DNA of 64,000 nucleotides from Escherichia phage PE37. Positions 49,002 to 60,502 of this stretch are shown here, piece by piece. The stretch is taken from sequence record NC_054929.1; one strand, 5' to 3'. How positions within the stretch are numbered: position 1 is the stretch's first letter; every line of letters starts with the position of its first letter. The translations under genes were made by a program, and so were the position numbers. The notes beneath the pieces were generated by a model. It was given only the letters and a program-made list of their open reading frames with translations. It was not told the origin of the DNA and made no database searches.

Positions 49002-49637
49002 ATGATTTATTATATGCACAAAAATCCACCGTTTAAATACGGTAAATTTCCTGATGCACAATGTTATAATATAACACCTGATGAAAATAACCGTGGATAT
49101 CTTATTGGCACAATTTTTGTAATTGTTAAAGATAACGAAATCGTTGCCTGGGCAGATTTTAAAGGTACAACATATGATGTTAATCCGGTGCCTTTCACAT
49201 ATTACAATATAATGGATTTGGCGTACGATTATAATTGGTTTAATCATGACACGTTGGCTCCTCATATTGAAGGTGTAGGATTTGACATCTCTTATTCTAG
49301 TTACTCGTTGTGTCCTATGAGCCGAGCTCATAGAGAGCCTGAATATTTTTCATTTCGTCGGCGTGTAGACTTTAAACGCAGCACAGAGTATGTCGGTGGA
49401 ATATTTGTTAAAGATAATCGAATTACTCGCATTATTTATCCTTTGGGCGGTGGTCAAAAAGATATTGATGTTGATTTAGACTTTACTGAAAACATCATTA
49501 ATCATATTGCTTCTGTGTATTTTGATATTGATCACAAAATTGTAATATGTGGATATGAATTACCATCAGAAAAACAGTCTAAAGTAAATGTTTCTATTGA
49601 TGACCAAATTTTTAATGCTTTTATGAATAGAGGTTAA
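49002..49637 (+). CDS. hypothetical protein (61.2 position)
   Basis: ATG; 211 aa. Confidence 0.6.
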   Translation: MIYYMHKNPPFKYGKFPDAQCYNITPDENNRGYLIGTIFVIVKDNEIVAWADFKGTTYDVNPVPFTYYNIMDLAYDYNWFNHDTLAPHIEGVGFDISYSSYSLCPMSRAHREPEYFSFRRRVDFKRSTEYVGGIFVKDNRITRIIYPLGGGQKDIDVDLDFTENIINHIASVYFDIDHKIVICGYELPSEKQSKVNVSIDDQIFNAFMNRG

Positions 49638-49638
49638 T

Positions 49639-49803
49639 ATGAAAACATATAAAGAATTTATCAAAGAAGATATGGTCGCTGGAGATTCAGGTGGTAATCC
49701 TGAAAATATCTCTACTGGAACAACGTCAGGCGCTGTAGTAAATAAAGGTCCTGAACAGATTCCTAAAAAGAAGAAAGAGGAATCTAAAGAAAAAGAAGAG
49801 TAA
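49639..49803 (+). CDS. small protein with capsid-targeting-like leader MKTYKEFIKE
   Basis: ATG 1 nt after upstream stop; N-terminus resembles Ip capsid-targeting sequence; not in ORF track. Confidence 0.45.
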   Translation: MKTYKEFIKEDMVAGDSGGNPENISTGTTSGAVVNKGPEQIPKKKKEESKEKEE

Positions 49804-49805
49804 AA

Positions 49806-50834
49806 ATGTCATCAATACCTTGGATTGATAATGAGTTTGCGTATCGTGCATTAGCTCATTTACCTAAATTCACACAAGTAAATAACAGTTCAACTTTTAA
49901 ATTGCGGTTTAGATGTCCTGTTTGTGGAGATTCAAAAACCGACCAAAATAAAGCCCGTGGATGGTATTATGGTGATAATAATGAAGGAAATATTCATTGT
50001 TATAACTGTAACTATCATGCACCAATCGGAATATATTTAAAGGAGTTTGAACCCGATTTATATCGTGAGTATATCCTTGAAATAAGAAAAGAAAAAGGTA
50101 AAAGTCGTCCAGTAGAAAAACCTAAAGAACTTCCTAAGCGACCTGAGAAGAAAATAATTAAATCTCTTCCGTCATGTGTTAGATTAGATAAACTGGCGGA
50201 AGACCATCCAATTATAAAATATGTAAAAGCTCGTTGTATTCCAAAGGATAAATGGAAATATCTTTGGTTTACAACCGAATGGCCTAAATTAGTTAATAGC
50301 ATAGCACCGGGAACATACAAAAAGGAAATTTCTGAGCCTCGTCTTGTTATTCCAATTTATAATGCTAATGGAAAAGCTGAGTCTTTTCAAGGACGTGCAT
50401 TAAAGAAAGATGCTCCTCAAAAATATATCACCATTAAAGCTTATCCTGAGGCAACAAAAATATATGGAGTCGAACGAGTTAAAGATGGTGATGTATATGT
50501 TCTAGAAGGACCTATAGATTCACTTTTTATTGAAAATGGTATAGCTATTACGGGTGGTCAATTAGACCTAGAAGTTGTTCCATTTAAAGATAGACGTGTG
50601 TGGGTCTTAGATAATGAACCTCGTCACCCTGACACTATCAAACGAATGACTAAATTAGTTGATGCAGGAGAAAGGGTTATGTTTTGGGATAAATCTCCCT
50701 GGAAATCAAAAGATGTCAATGATATGATTAGAAAGGAAGGTGCAACCCCTGAACAAATTATGGAATATATGAAAAATAATATTGCACAGGGGTTGATGGC
50801 TAAAATGCGGCTATCTAAATATGCCAAGATTTAA
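49806..50834 (+). CDS. 61: DNA primase gp61
   Basis: 342 aa; zinc ribbon CPVCGDSKTD...CYNC; TOPRIM-like region. Confidence 0.9.
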   Translation: MSSIPWIDNEFAYRALAHLPKFTQVNNSSTFKLRFRCPVCGDSKTDQNKARGWYYGDNNEGNIHCYNCNYHAPIGIYLKEFEPDLYREYILEIRKEKGKSRPVEKPKELPKRPEKKIIKSLPSCVRLDKLAEDHPIIKYVKARCIPKDKWKYLWFTTEWPKLVNSIAPGTYKKEISEPRLVIPIYNANGKAESFQGRALKKDAPQKYITIKAYPEATKIYGVERVKDGDVYVLEGPIDSLFIENGIAITGGQLDLEVVPFKDRRVWVLDNEPRHPDTIKRMTKLVDAGERVMFWDKSPWKSKDVNDMIRKEGATPEQIMEYMKNNIAQGLMAKMRLSKYAKI

Positions 50835-51031
50835 ATTAACCCAACTAAAGCAAATGCTAAATCTACGAATGTATCAAGAGTAACTACTGGAATATTAATA
50901 CCATGTGCAATTGCAACAGGTGATAGAATAAAGTTCCAGAGTAAAATTCCTACCATAGCAGAAATAGTAAAAGCTATACGTTTCTTATTACCTTTTATGG
51001 CATTAACAAGTGCCATTAATTTTTGTACCAT
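50831..51031 (-). CDS. small membrane protein (66 aa), opposite strand
   Basis: minus-strand ORF in an intergenic gap with strong SD (AAGGAGG, 10 nt, ATG); two hydrophobic segments. Confidence 0.5.
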   Translation of the reverse strand: MVQKLMALVNAIKGNKKRIAFTISAMVGILLWNFILSPVAIAHGINIPVVTLDTFVDLAFALVGLI

Positions 51032-51059
51032 ATATATATATCCTCCTTTAAATTAATAT

Positions 51060-51110
51060 TTATCATAAATTTGTTTACTTTCTCAGCTTGTTATGGTATT
51101 ATAAAATAAA
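51060..51110 (+). promoter_or_regulatory. early promoter
   Basis: GTTTAC 51073-51078, 18 bp, TATTAT. Confidence 0.65.
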
Positions 51111-51127
51111 TTGCTGAGGATGATATA

Positions 51128-52467
<1,340 letters not shown>

Positions 52468-52527
52468 TTGCTTACATACTCAAATGATATAATTATTTAA
52501 CTTATTAATGAATTGAAAGGAAAAATA

Positions 52528-53046
52528 ATGTCTCACTTTAATGAATGCGCTCATTTGATCGAAGGTGTTGATAAAGCAACTCGTGCATATGCTGAGAATA
52601 TTATGCGCAATATTGACCCATTGCAGGTTATGCTTGATATGCAGCGGTCTTTACAGATTCGTTTGGCTAATGATAAACCAGAAACAAATCGTCATCCTGA
52701 TTCACTTGAAACAGCAGGAGAAGTTCTTGCTTGGTTGCGAAACCAAGACGATTATATCGCAGATGAAACTCGCGAACTATATACTTCTCTTGGTGGTATG
52801 AGTAATGGTGAAAAAGAAGCTTCTGCTGTATGGAAACCTTGGAAGAAACGTTATTCTGAAATGCAATCCAAGAAAATTCAAGATTTATCTCCCGAAGATC
52901 AGCTTGAAATTAAATTTGAACTGATTGACCAATTTCACTTTTTCATGAATAAATTTATTGCTCTTGGAATGTCAGCTGAAGAAATATTTAAACTTTATTA
53001 TCTGAAAAATGCTGAAAATTTCGCTCGTCAAGACCGAGGTTATTGA
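52528..53046 (+). CDS. 56: dCTPase/dUTPase gp56
   Basis: 172 aa from MSHFNECAHL; position after dam. Confidence 0.8.
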   Translation: MSHFNECAHLIEGVDKATRAYAENIMRNIDPLQVMLDMQRSLQIRLANDKPETNRHPDSLETAGEVLAWLRNQDDYIADETRELYTSLGGMSNGEKEASAVWKPWKKRYSEMQSKKIQDLSPEDQLEIKFELIDQFHFFMNKFIALGMSAEEIFKLYYLKNAENFARQDRGY

Positions 53047-53049
53047 TGA

Positions 53050-53057
53050 TATAAATA
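53050..53057 (+). promoter_or_regulatory. late promoter TATAAATA for soc
   Basis: exact TATAAATA about 30 nt upstream of soc ATG. Confidence 0.6.
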
Positions 53058-53088
53058 TACCTGTAATTAAACAATAAAGGAGTTTATT

Positions 53089-53325
53089 ATGGGTGGTTTC
53101 GTTAACATCAAGACCTTTACTCATCCAGCGGGTGAAGGCAAAGAAGTTAAAGGTATGGAAGTTTCTGTTCCGTTTGAAATCTATTCTAACGAGCATCGTA
53201 TTGCAGATTCTCATTATCAAATCTTTCCGTCAGAAAAAGCAGCTTATTCTGATGTAGTTTCCGATGCAGCAACTTGGAAAACTAAGAATGCTGCAATGTT
53301 TACGCCTACAGAAATAGGTGGTTAA
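53089..53325 (+). CDS. soc: small outer capsid protein Soc
   Basis: 78 aa; ...VNIKTF...HYQIFPSEKAAYS... resembles T4 Soc; late promoter upstream. Confidence 0.8.
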   Translation: MGGFVNIKTFTHPAGEGKEVKGMEVSVPFEIYSNEHRIADSHYQIFPSEKAAYSDVVSDAATWKTKNAAMFTPTEIGG

Positions 53326-53332
53326 TAATTCA

Positions 53333-53361
53333 AGGACTCCCGAAGGAGTCCTTTTTTTCAT
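53333..53361 (+). terminator. rho-independent terminator
   Basis: AGGACTCCCGAAGGAGTCCT followed by TTTTTTT. Confidence 0.85.
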
Positions 53362-53405
53362 TTAAATGGTTTACTTTCCAAAATGAGTATGGTATAATAA
53401 AATTA
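53360..53405 (+). promoter_or_regulatory. early promoter
   Basis: GTTTAC 53370-53375, 18 bp, TATAAT 53394-53399. Confidence 0.7.
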
Positions 53406-53424
53406 TCTTATAGAGGAGAGCACT

Positions 53425-53631
53425 ATGTTAAATCGTTGGATTAAACCAAATGAAGATTTAGATATTATCATTTCACGACATGTAATGAAGAAATATGAAC
53501 TGCAGCCATGGTCTACAGAAGTTGTTGTGCATTCATTTATGATGTACGCAGATGGTTCTGTCGAATTTAATGCAGAGATTCGATATGATTATGGTGAAAA
53601 GCAAGTCGAATTCAAGAGAGGCTTTTTGTAA
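53425..53631 (+). CDS. hypothetical protein
   Basis: ATG+SD GAGGAG. Confidence 0.55.
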   Translation: MLNRWIKPNEDLDIIISRHVMKKYELQPWSTEVVVHSFMMYADGSVEFNAEIRYDYGEKQVEFKRGFL

Positions 53632-53972
53632 TGTTTATCTTTAATTGGTTTAAAAATTTCTTTACAGATTTTTTCTCTACGACTCCTGGGGAAGGTGTAG
53701 TTCCTATTTCAAATGACTATCTTCCTTTAACTGTAGTTGAGTATGTTTATATGGGAGATGGAACAGTAGAAGCAGTTACTATGACTTATGAAGAAGCCCA
53801 AGAATATTATAAAAATCCTTGGCGCTGGTCAGTACCTACTACATCATCTAACACACAGAATACACAGTCTAGTTCTGATTCATATGATACGAATGTTCCT
53901 GTTCATGTGTGGACGGGCGATTCATGTGGAAGTTCTTGTGATTCTAGTTGTTCATCTACATCTTGCGATTGA
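53631..53972 (+). CDS. hypothetical protein with Ser/Cys-rich C-terminal tail
   Basis: TAATG junction; C-terminus [15 protein letters not shown]. Confidence 0.5.
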   Translation: MFIFNWFKNFFTDFFSTTPGEGVVPISNDYLPLTVVEYVYMGDGTVEAVTMTYEEAQEYYKNPWRWSVPTTSSNTQNTQSSSDSYDTNVPVHVWTGDSCGSSCDSSCSSTSCD

Positions 53973-53980
53973 GGAAAATT

Positions 53981-54466
53981 ATGGAAGCGATTTTGTTTGA
54001 AATGTATATTAGCAGTAATAGTATGTCGTTTGCTAAAGACGTTCCAATTACCGTAGCAGTAATGATTGATAAGGGTTATTGCGACCCAATGTATCTCGTA
54101 GAAAATTTCGTTTCAATGCCAATTCCAGAAGATGCTGAAATAAAACTTAAAAAGATTGGTATTATTGAAACTGTGCCAAATATTCCATTTAGAGCAATTG
54201 AAGCATTTACTAAATCAGAATACATTAATGTTAACACAGAAAAATATAATGATGAACCTTTATCTTTTTATTCGTACGATTCAGTATATAGTTGGAAAAT
54301 AGATAAAGGAAATAAATTTATAATTGTGGACGAAGATGCTTTATCATACTTTATTTCTTCTGTATGGAATAGTTTACATCCAAATTTGCTAAAAATTCAT
54401 GAATTTGATGATGCTCCTACTGTTGTTTTAGGTAAAACAGATGAAAGTTCTGAAGAAAATGCTTGA
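53981..54466 (+). CDS. hypothetical protein
   Basis: ATG+SD GAGGAAA; 161 aa. Confidence 0.6.
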   Translation: MEAILFEMYISSNSMSFAKDVPITVAVMIDKGYCDPMYLVENFVSMPIPEDAEIKLKKIGIIETVPNIPFRAIEAFTKSEYINVNTEKYNDEPLSFYSYDSVYSWKIDKGNKFIIVDEDALSYFISSVWNSLHPNLLKIHEFDDAPTVVLGKTDESSEENA

Positions 54467-54644
54467 ATGGTTCAGTAGACCAAACTCAATGTATATTGAC
54501 GATGGTTGGGTTGAACAAGCAAATAAAGAAATGCAGAACGAGTCAGAAGAATGGATGAAATCAATGATTAGTGCTGAGAAAGAAAAGAAATTAGAACGCT
54601 CAGCGCTTAAATTGATGAGAGACATCTATGGGGATAAATCATGA
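54441..54644 (+). CDS. hypothetical protein
   Basis: ORF overlapping upstream gene; alternative start 54459. Confidence 0.45.
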   Translation: MKVLKKMLEWFSRPNSMYIDDGWVEQANKEMQNESEEWMKSMISAEKEKKLERSALKLMRDIYGDKS

Positions 54645-54805
54645 ACAAGAATATGGCGTTAGAAGAGGCTAAAGCTAAAGCAAATGAAGCAATGGATTTG
54701 CTTCTTAAAATTGGCAGTAAAATGATGGAAGAAAATGAGAAATACATTCAGGAAAACAAAATTCCTGACGGTCCATTAGTAGGCAAAAGGAAATCACATG
54801 ATTGA
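54641..54805 (+). CDS. small hypothetical protein (54 aa)
   Basis: ATGA overlap; not in ORF track. Confidence 0.4.
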   Translation: MNKNMALEEAKAKANEAMDLLLKIGSKMMEENEKYIQENKIPDGPLVGKRKSHD

Positions 54806-55268
54806 AGTAGCAAAACATTATTCAATAGAATTTATGTCTAAAGAAGGTAAATCAGTAAATACACTTGATAAAAATTGCTCATTAATTATTCCTTTAGCAG
54901 AAAATCCGGATATTTTAATTAAAGATATAAAAGAAAGAAAATATCCAGAAAATGTTATTCTAATTATAAAGCATACTGAAGATATTTTGCAGAATACTGA
55001 TTCACCATTTTCTTCTTCTGAAGCTTTAACTATTAAAGGCTATAAAAGAGCTCATGAATATAGTCTTTTTGACCTGTTTGAAGATGATAAAGTTAAATTA
55101 GCTAGTCAACCTTCTAAAAGTAAAACATTCATTATTGAAGATATTAAAGATATAAATGCATTTGTTAAGATGGTCTGGGCTCATTTTGATGTTGGACTAC
55201 GCTGGAGAATGTCCGAAGAAGAAAGAAAGATTATTGAAGCTAATCGTCAATTTGGTTTTTATCGCTAA
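54798..55268 (+). CDS. hypothetical protein (mrh region)
   Basis: ATG; 156 aa. Confidence 0.55.
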   Translation: MIEVAKHYSIEFMSKEGKSVNTLDKNCSLIIPLAENPDILIKDIKERKYPENVILIIKHTEDILQNTDSPFSSSEALTIKGYKRAHEYSLFDLFEDDKVKLASQPSKSKTFIIEDIKDINAFVKMVWAHFDVGLRWRMSEEERKIIEANRQFGFYR

Positions 55269-55276
55269 GAATTAGT

Positions 55277-55459
55277 ATGGATTTATTTGAGATGTTAGAA
55301 GATAATCATTCTACGAATATCCAGAATGATTCTAGTGATTATAAGAAAGAGTACCGTATAGTATTACAGAATTATGGAATTGAAGCCCCAGATGCTCTTC
55401 TAGAAGAACTAGCTTCATACCATCTTGACCCTCCGCCTTGGGCTCCCTGGGCAAAATAA
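55277..55459 (+). CDS. hypothetical acidic protein
   Basis: ATG; 60 aa. Confidence 0.5.
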   Translation: MDLFEMLEDNHSTNIQNDSSDYKKEYRIVLQNYGIEAPDALLEELASYHLDPPPWAPWAK

Positions 55460-55507
55460 TTCAAAAAGTTGTTTACTTTCCTTTCTAACGATGATATGAT
55501 AGCTTCT
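55455..55507 (+). promoter_or_regulatory. early promoter
   Basis: GTTTAC 55471-55476, 18 bp, TATGAT. Confidence 0.6.
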
Positions 55508-55526
55508 GAAGTATACGGAGGCTATC

Positions 55527-56150
55527 ATGATTATTAATCCTGCAGATGTTGAACAGTTATCTATAAAAGCTGAAAGCGTTGATTTTCAATATGATATGTA
55601 TAAAAAGGTCTGTGAAAAATTTACTGACTTTGAACAGTCAGTTCTTTGGCAGTGTATGGAAGCCAAAAAGAATGAAGCTCTTCATCGGCAGTTGAATAAA
55701 ATCATTAAAAAGCATTTAACTAAATCGCCTTATCAATTATATCGTGGTATATCAAAATCGACAAAAGAACTTATTAAAGATTTACAAGTTGGAGAAGTGT
55801 TTTCAACGAACAGGGTAGATTCATTTACTACTAGTTTGCATACAGCGTGTTCTTTTTCTTATGCTGAATATTTCACTGAAACAATACTTCGTTTAAAAAC
55901 TGATAAAGCTTTTAATTACTCTGACCATATCAGCGATATTATACTTTCTTCTCCTAATACTGAGTTTAAGTACACGTATGAAGACACTGATGGATTAGAT
56001 TCAGAGCGTACTGATAACTTAATGATGATTGTACATGAACAAGAATGGATGATTCCAATTGGAAAGTATAGAATAACTTCTATTTCAAAAGAAAAATTAC
56101 ATGATTCATTTGGAACATTTAAAGTTTATGATATTGAGGTAGTTGAATGA
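55527..56150 (+). CDS. modB: ADP-ribosyltransferase ModB
   Basis: 207 aa; ART motifs R (LYRG), STS-like, E-x-E (EQEWMIP); tandem with modA. Confidence 0.8.
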   Translation: MIINPADVEQLSIKAESVDFQYDMYKKVCEKFTDFEQSVLWQCMEAKKNEALHRQLNKIIKKHLTKSPYQLYRGISKSTKELIKDLQVGEVFSTNRVDSFTTSLHTACSFSYAEYFTETILRLKTDKAFNYSDHISDIILSSPNTEFKYTYEDTDGLDSERTDNLMMIVHEQEWMIPIGKYRITSISKEKLHDSFGTFKVYDIEVVE

Positions 56151-56749
56151 AATACTCAGTAATGCAACTAAAAGATTTTAAAATAAAATCAATGGATGCA
56201 TCGGTGCGTGCTTCTATTCGTGAAGAATTACTTTCTGAAGGGTTTAATTTATCTGAAATTGAACTTTTAATTCATTGTATTACTAATAAGCCAGATGACC
56301 ATACTTGGTTAAATGAAATAATCAAATCTCGTTTGGTTCCAAACGATAAACCTCTTTGGAGAGGTGTTCCAGTCGAGACTAAGCAGGTGTTAAATCAAGG
56401 AATTGATATTATTACATTTGATAAAGTCGTATCAGCTTCATATGATAAAAATATAGCTCTACATTTTGCTTCCGGTTTAGAGTATAACACGCAAGTTATT
56501 TTTGAATTCAAAGCTCCTATGGTATTCAATTTTCAGGAGTATGCTATAAAAGCTCTACGCTGTAAAGAATACAATCCAAACTTTAAGTTTCCGGATAGCC
56601 ATCGTTATCGTAATATGGAATTAGTTTCAGATGAACAAGAAGTAATGATACCAGCTGGAAGTGTATTTAGAATTGCAGATAGATATGAGTACAAAAAGTA
56701 TTCAACATACACTATCTATACTCTTGATTTTGAAGGATTTAATCTATAA
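56147..56749 (+). CDS. modA: ADP-ribosyltransferase ModA
   Basis: 200 aa; motifs LWRG, SAS, EQEVMIP; ATGA overlap. Confidence 0.8.
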   Translation: MKYSVMQLKDFKIKSMDASVRASIREELLSEGFNLSEIELLIHCITNKPDDHTWLNEIIKSRLVPNDKPLWRGVPVETKQVLNQGIDIITFDKVVSASYDKNIALHFASGLEYNTQVIFEFKAPMVFNFQEYAIKALRCKEYNPNFKFPDSHRYRNMELVSDEQEVMIPAGSVFRIADRYEYKKYSTYTIYTLDFEGFNL

Positions 56750-56794
56750 TGGAAGGACTTAGATTCATTATACCATGAAATTTTTGAAGCATTT

Positions 56795-56845
56795 TTCATA
56801 AAATTGTTTACAAGCCAAGGTAAAAATGTTATAGTATAGTAGTCA
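56795..56845 (+). promoter_or_regulatory. early promoter
   Basis: GTTTAC 56806-56811, 18 bp, TATAGT. Confidence 0.65.
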
Positions 56846-56870
56846 ATCGTCCGTAAGATGTGAGAAAAAT

Positions 56871-57626
56871 ATGAAACTGCATAATATGTCTAATAATCAA
56901 ATTCGTAAAATTAAACGTCGTTTAGAGCACACTCAGGCATCTGCAAAAAGGCGTTCTAAAGATTTTAACTTAGACTTCAATTACATTAAGAATATTTTAG
57001 ATCAAAAAGTTTGTGCTTACTCGGGAGAACCTTTTGATAATCGTATTGAAGGAGAGAAATTATCATTAGAACGTTTTGATAATAACGTTGGATACATTAA
57101 AGGGAATGTTATTGCAGTAAAGAAAAAGTATAATACATTTCGTTCTGATTATACTTTAGAAGAGTTGATTGAAAAACGGGATTTATTTGCTTTGCGAATT
57201 GGTCGTTCATCTGCGAAAAAAGTTCATAAACTAAATTTAGATGAAAAGAAATGGGCTAAAATCAAAAAGACTTATAATCAAATTAAAGCTATACAGAAAA
57301 AGCGTGAAAATCGAATTGAACACATTTCTCAGCTTTCTAAATCAAAACAGACCTCTGACATTAAGCTAAGGATTATAGCACTTAAAGCTCGTATTGATGG
57401 TTCTCGCATAGCAGAAGGCGCTGAAGTTGTTAAACTGAACGTTCTTCTTAAAGGCTCGGATTGGAAAACTGTGAAAAAGTTGTCAGAAGCAGAAATGCAA
57501 TATGATATGTGTGATAAAATTATTCAAGGTGTAGAGCGGTATCAAAACTTGTCTTTTATTGATAAACTTAAACTGAAAAGAGGATACCCGCTAAATTGTT
57601 CAATTTTTAAACTTATCCGAGGATAA
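56871..57626 (+). CDS. srd: Srd-like basic protein
   Basis: 251 aa, Lys/Arg-rich; position between modA and dda as in T4. Confidence 0.55.
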   Translation: MKLHNMSNNQIRKIKRRLEHTQASAKRRSKDFNLDFNYIKNILDQKVCAYSGEPFDNRIEGEKLSLERFDNNVGYIKGNVIAVKKKYNTFRSDYTLEELIEKRDLFALRIGRSSAKKVHKLNLDEKKWAKIKKTYNQIKAIQKKRENRIEHISQLSKSKQTSDIKLRIIALKARIDGSRIAEGAEVVKLNVLLKGSDWKTVKKLSEAEMQYDMCDKIIQGVERYQNLSFIDKLKLKRGYPLNCSIFKLIRG

Positions 57627-57627
57627 T

Positions 57628-57939
57628 ATGTTTTATGTATATGCGATAGTGTATAGAGATAAAGATGGATTTGCGGTGCCTGTTCCTCTTGATGAACATC
57701 GTCCTGCTGTGTTTTTTGAAAGAGAGATTGCTGATAGAGTTTTTACTACTCTCAAAGACCAATATAAACTAGCTTTAGGTATGGGAATTCCAAGACTAGT
57801 TGAGACTCCACGCAAGTTTTGGTTTAATAAAATAGAAGTTAAACATGTTAAGCCTGATGTAGATACACAAAGATTATATCAACGAATTTTAGATACTGGG
57901 CGTATTGTTAGTATACCAATTGCAGGGAATTTACGATGA
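57628..57939 (+). CDS. hypothetical protein (dda.1 position)
   Basis: ATG; 103 aa. Confidence 0.6.
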   Translation: MFYVYAIVYRDKDGFAVPVPLDEHRPAVFFEREIADRVFTTLKDQYKLALGMGIPRLVETPRKFWFNKIEVKHVKPDVDTQRLYQRILDTGRIVSIPIAGNLR

Positions 57940-59255
57940 CATTTGATGATTTGACCGAAGGCCAGAAAAATGCCTTTAACATCGTTATGAGGGCTATTAA
58001 AGAAAAGAAACATCATGTAACTATTAATGGACCTGCTGGTACTGGTAAGACTACTCTTACTAAGTTCATCATTGAAGCCTTAATATCTACGGGCGAAACT
58101 GGTATCATTTTAGCAGCTCCTACTCATGCAGCTAAAAAGATTCTTTCAAAACTGTCAGGGAAAGAAGCGAGTACTATTCACAGTATTCTTAAAATTAACC
58201 CAGTAACATATGAAGAAAACGTTCTTTTTGAACAAAAAGAAGTACCGGATTTAGCTAAATGCAGGGTATTAATCTGCGATGAAGTATCAATGTATGATAG
58301 AAAGCTATTTAAAATTCTGCTTTCAACTATCCCGCCGTGGTGTACTATAATTGGAATAGGCGATAATAAGCAAATTAGACCTGTTGACCCAGGAGAAAAC
58401 ACTGCTTATATCAGTCCATTCTTTACACATAAAGATTTTTATCAGTGTGAACTCACTGAAGTTAAACGCAGTAATGCTCCTATTATTGATGTAGCTACTG
58501 ACGTTCGTAACGGTAAGTGGATTTATGATAAAGTTGTTGACGGGCATGGAGTACGTGGATTTACTGGTGATACCGCTTTACGCGATTTTATGGTAAATTA
58601 TTTTTCAATCGTCAAATCTTTAGATGATTTGTTTGAAAATCGCGTAATGGCATTTACGAATAAATCTGTTGACAAGTTAAATAGCATTATTCGTAAAAAG
58701 ATTTTTGAAACTGATAAAGATTTTATTGTCGGTGAAATTATTGTAATGCAGGAACCATTAATTAAAACATATAAAATTGATGGAAAGCCTGTGTCAGAAA
58801 TTATTTTTAATAATGGACAATTAGTTCGTATTATAGAAGCAGAGTATACATCGACGTTTGTTAAAGCTCGTGGTGTTCCTGGAGAATATCTAATTCGTCA
58901 TTGGGATTTAACAGTAGAAACTTACGGCGATGATGAATATTATCGTGAAAAGATTAAAATAATTTCATCTGATGAAGAGCTATATAAGTTTAACCTGTTT
59001 TTAGGTAAAACGGCAGAAACTTATAAAAATTGGAATAAAGGCGGAAAAGCTCCATGGAGTGATTTTTGGGATGCTAAATCACAGTTTAGTAAAGTGAAAG
59101 CACTTCCTGCATCAACATTCCATAAAGCTCAGGGTATGTCTGTAGACCGTGCTTTCATTTATACGCCTTGTATTCATTATGCAGATGCTGAACTAGCTCA
59201 GCAGCTTCTTTATGTTGGTGTAACACGTGGTCGTTATGATGTGTTTTACGTATGA
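57936..59255 (+). CDS. dda: DNA helicase Dda (SF1B)
   Basis: 439 aa, MTFDDLTEGQKNAFNIVMRAIKEKKHHVTINGPAGTGKTT...; matches T4 Dda. Confidence 0.95.
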   Translation: MTFDDLTEGQKNAFNIVMRAIKEKKHHVTINGPAGTGKTTLTKFIIEALISTGETGIILAAPTHAAKKILSKLSGKEASTIHSILKINPVTYEENVLFEQKEVPDLAKCRVLICDEVSMYDRKLFKILLSTIPPWCTIIGIGDNKQIRPVDPGENTAYISPFFTHKDFYQCELTEVKRSNAPIIDVATDVRNGKWIYDKVVDGHGVRGFTGDTALRDFMVNYFSIVKSLDDLFENRVMAFTNKSVDKLNSIIRKKIFETDKDFIVGEIIVMQEPLIKTYKIDGKPVSEIIFNNGQLVRIIEAEYTSTFVKARGVPGEYLIRHWDLTVETYGDDEYYREKIKIISSDEELYKFNLFLGKTAETYKNWNKGGKAPWSDFWDAKSQFSKVKALPASTFHKAQGMSVDRAFIYTPCIHYADAELAQQLLYVGVTRGRYDVFYV

Positions 59256-59276
59256 TTAAATTCGAGGAAGCTATTC

Positions 59277-59522
59277 GTGGAAATAACTAAAGACCAGTTT
59301 TATCTGCTTCAAGATAAAGTGAGCGAAATTTATGAAATAGCTTATAGTAAAAATCGCAAAAACGTGAAAATTGAATCGGGAAAGTTAATGCTTCAATTGG
59401 AAGAAATTGAACGAGATTTAATTGCGTTAGAATTCTTTTGTGGTGAAGTGAAAACTGTTACAATCAGTGATTATGTTTTAGGTGAAATTAGCCATCTTTA
59501 TAAGGCGGTTATTAATGATTGA
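59277..59522 (+). CDS. hypothetical protein
   Basis: ORF with GTG start after SD-like GAGGAAG. Confidence 0.45.
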   Translation: MEITKDQFYLLQDKVSEIYEIAYSKNRKNVKIESGKLMLQLEEIERDLIALEFFCGEVKTVTISDYVLGEISHLYKAVIND

Positions 59523-59724
59523 ATTAAGTTTGCATCAGTTTAAATCTCTTGTGGCAAATGTTAAAGCTGTCATTCAAGAAAATTCAGGACCTGATAATGT
59601 TACTATTCGCGAAAAAGCTTTAAAGATAGTATACAGTCTTGAAGAGATACAAAAAGATATTGAATCTATGGCAAAATTTATTGATGAGCCCATTAATAAA
59701 GTTATATCCAAGATTATACTGTAG
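59515..59724 (+). CDS. hypothetical protein
   Basis: in-frame ATG at 59515 overlapping upstream stop. Confidence 0.45.
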   Translation: MIELSLHQFKSLVANVKAVIQENSGPDNVTIREKALKIVYSLEEIQKDIESMAKFIDEPINKVISKIIL

Positions 59725-59755
59725 GTCAAATTCGCGATTTAGCGAGGAAAATTTA

Positions 59756-60439
59756 ATGTTTGATTTTATTATAGATTTTGAAACAATGGGAAGCGGTGAA
59801 AAGGCAGCTGTTATTGATTTGGCTGTAATTGCTTTTGACCCTAATCCGGAAGTTGTTGAAACATTCGATGAACTAGTTTCACGTGGCATTAAAATTAAAT
59901 TTGACTTAAAAAGTCAAAAAGGACACCGTCTTTTTACTAAAAGCACTATTGAATGGTGGAAAAATCAATCGCCTGAAGCTAGAAAAAATATTGCACCATC
60001 AGATGAAGATGTAAGCACCATTGATGGTATTGCAAAATTCAATGATTACATCAATGCACATAATATCGATCCTTGGAAATCTCAAGGCTGGTGCCGTGGA
60101 ATGTCGTTTGATTTTCCAATTTTAGTCGATCTCATTCGCGATATTCAACGTCTTAACGGCGTTTCCGAGAATGAGCTTGACACATTTAAGTTAGAACCAT
60201 GTAAATTCTGGAATCAGCGTGATATTCGTACCAGAATTGAAGCACTTCTACTTGTTCGTGATATGACCACATGTCCTCTTCCAAAGGGAACTTTAGATGG
60301 ATTCGTTGCGCATGATTCTATTCATGACTGTGCGAAAGACATCCTGATGATGAAGTATGCTTTGCGCTATGCTATGGGTCTTGAAGATGCTCCGTCAGAG
60401 GAAGAGTGCGATCCTCTGTCTCTTCCAACAAAACGATAA
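59756..60439 (+). CDS. dexA: exonuclease A (DEDD-type 3'-5')
   Basis: 227 aa from MFDFIIDFETMGSG; SD GAGGAAA; matches T4 DexA. Confidence 0.9.
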   Translation: MFDFIIDFETMGSGEKAAVIDLAVIAFDPNPEVVETFDELVSRGIKIKFDLKSQKGHRLFTKSTIEWWKNQSPEARKNIAPSDEDVSTIDGIAKFNDYINAHNIDPWKSQGWCRGMSFDFPILVDLIRDIQRLNGVSENELDTFKLEPCKFWNQRDIRTRIEALLLVRDMTTCPLPKGTLDGFVAHDSIHDCAKDILMMKYALRYAMGLEDAPSEEECDPLSLPTKR

Positions 60440-60485
60440 AAAGTTGTTTACTTCCTCGGTTAGTTGTGGTATTATAACAGCATAG
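60435..60485 (+). promoter_or_regulatory. early promoter
   Basis: GTTTAC 60446-60451, 18 bp, TATTAT. Confidence 0.65.
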
Positions 60486-60502
60486 CTACTGAGGATAATA
60501 AA

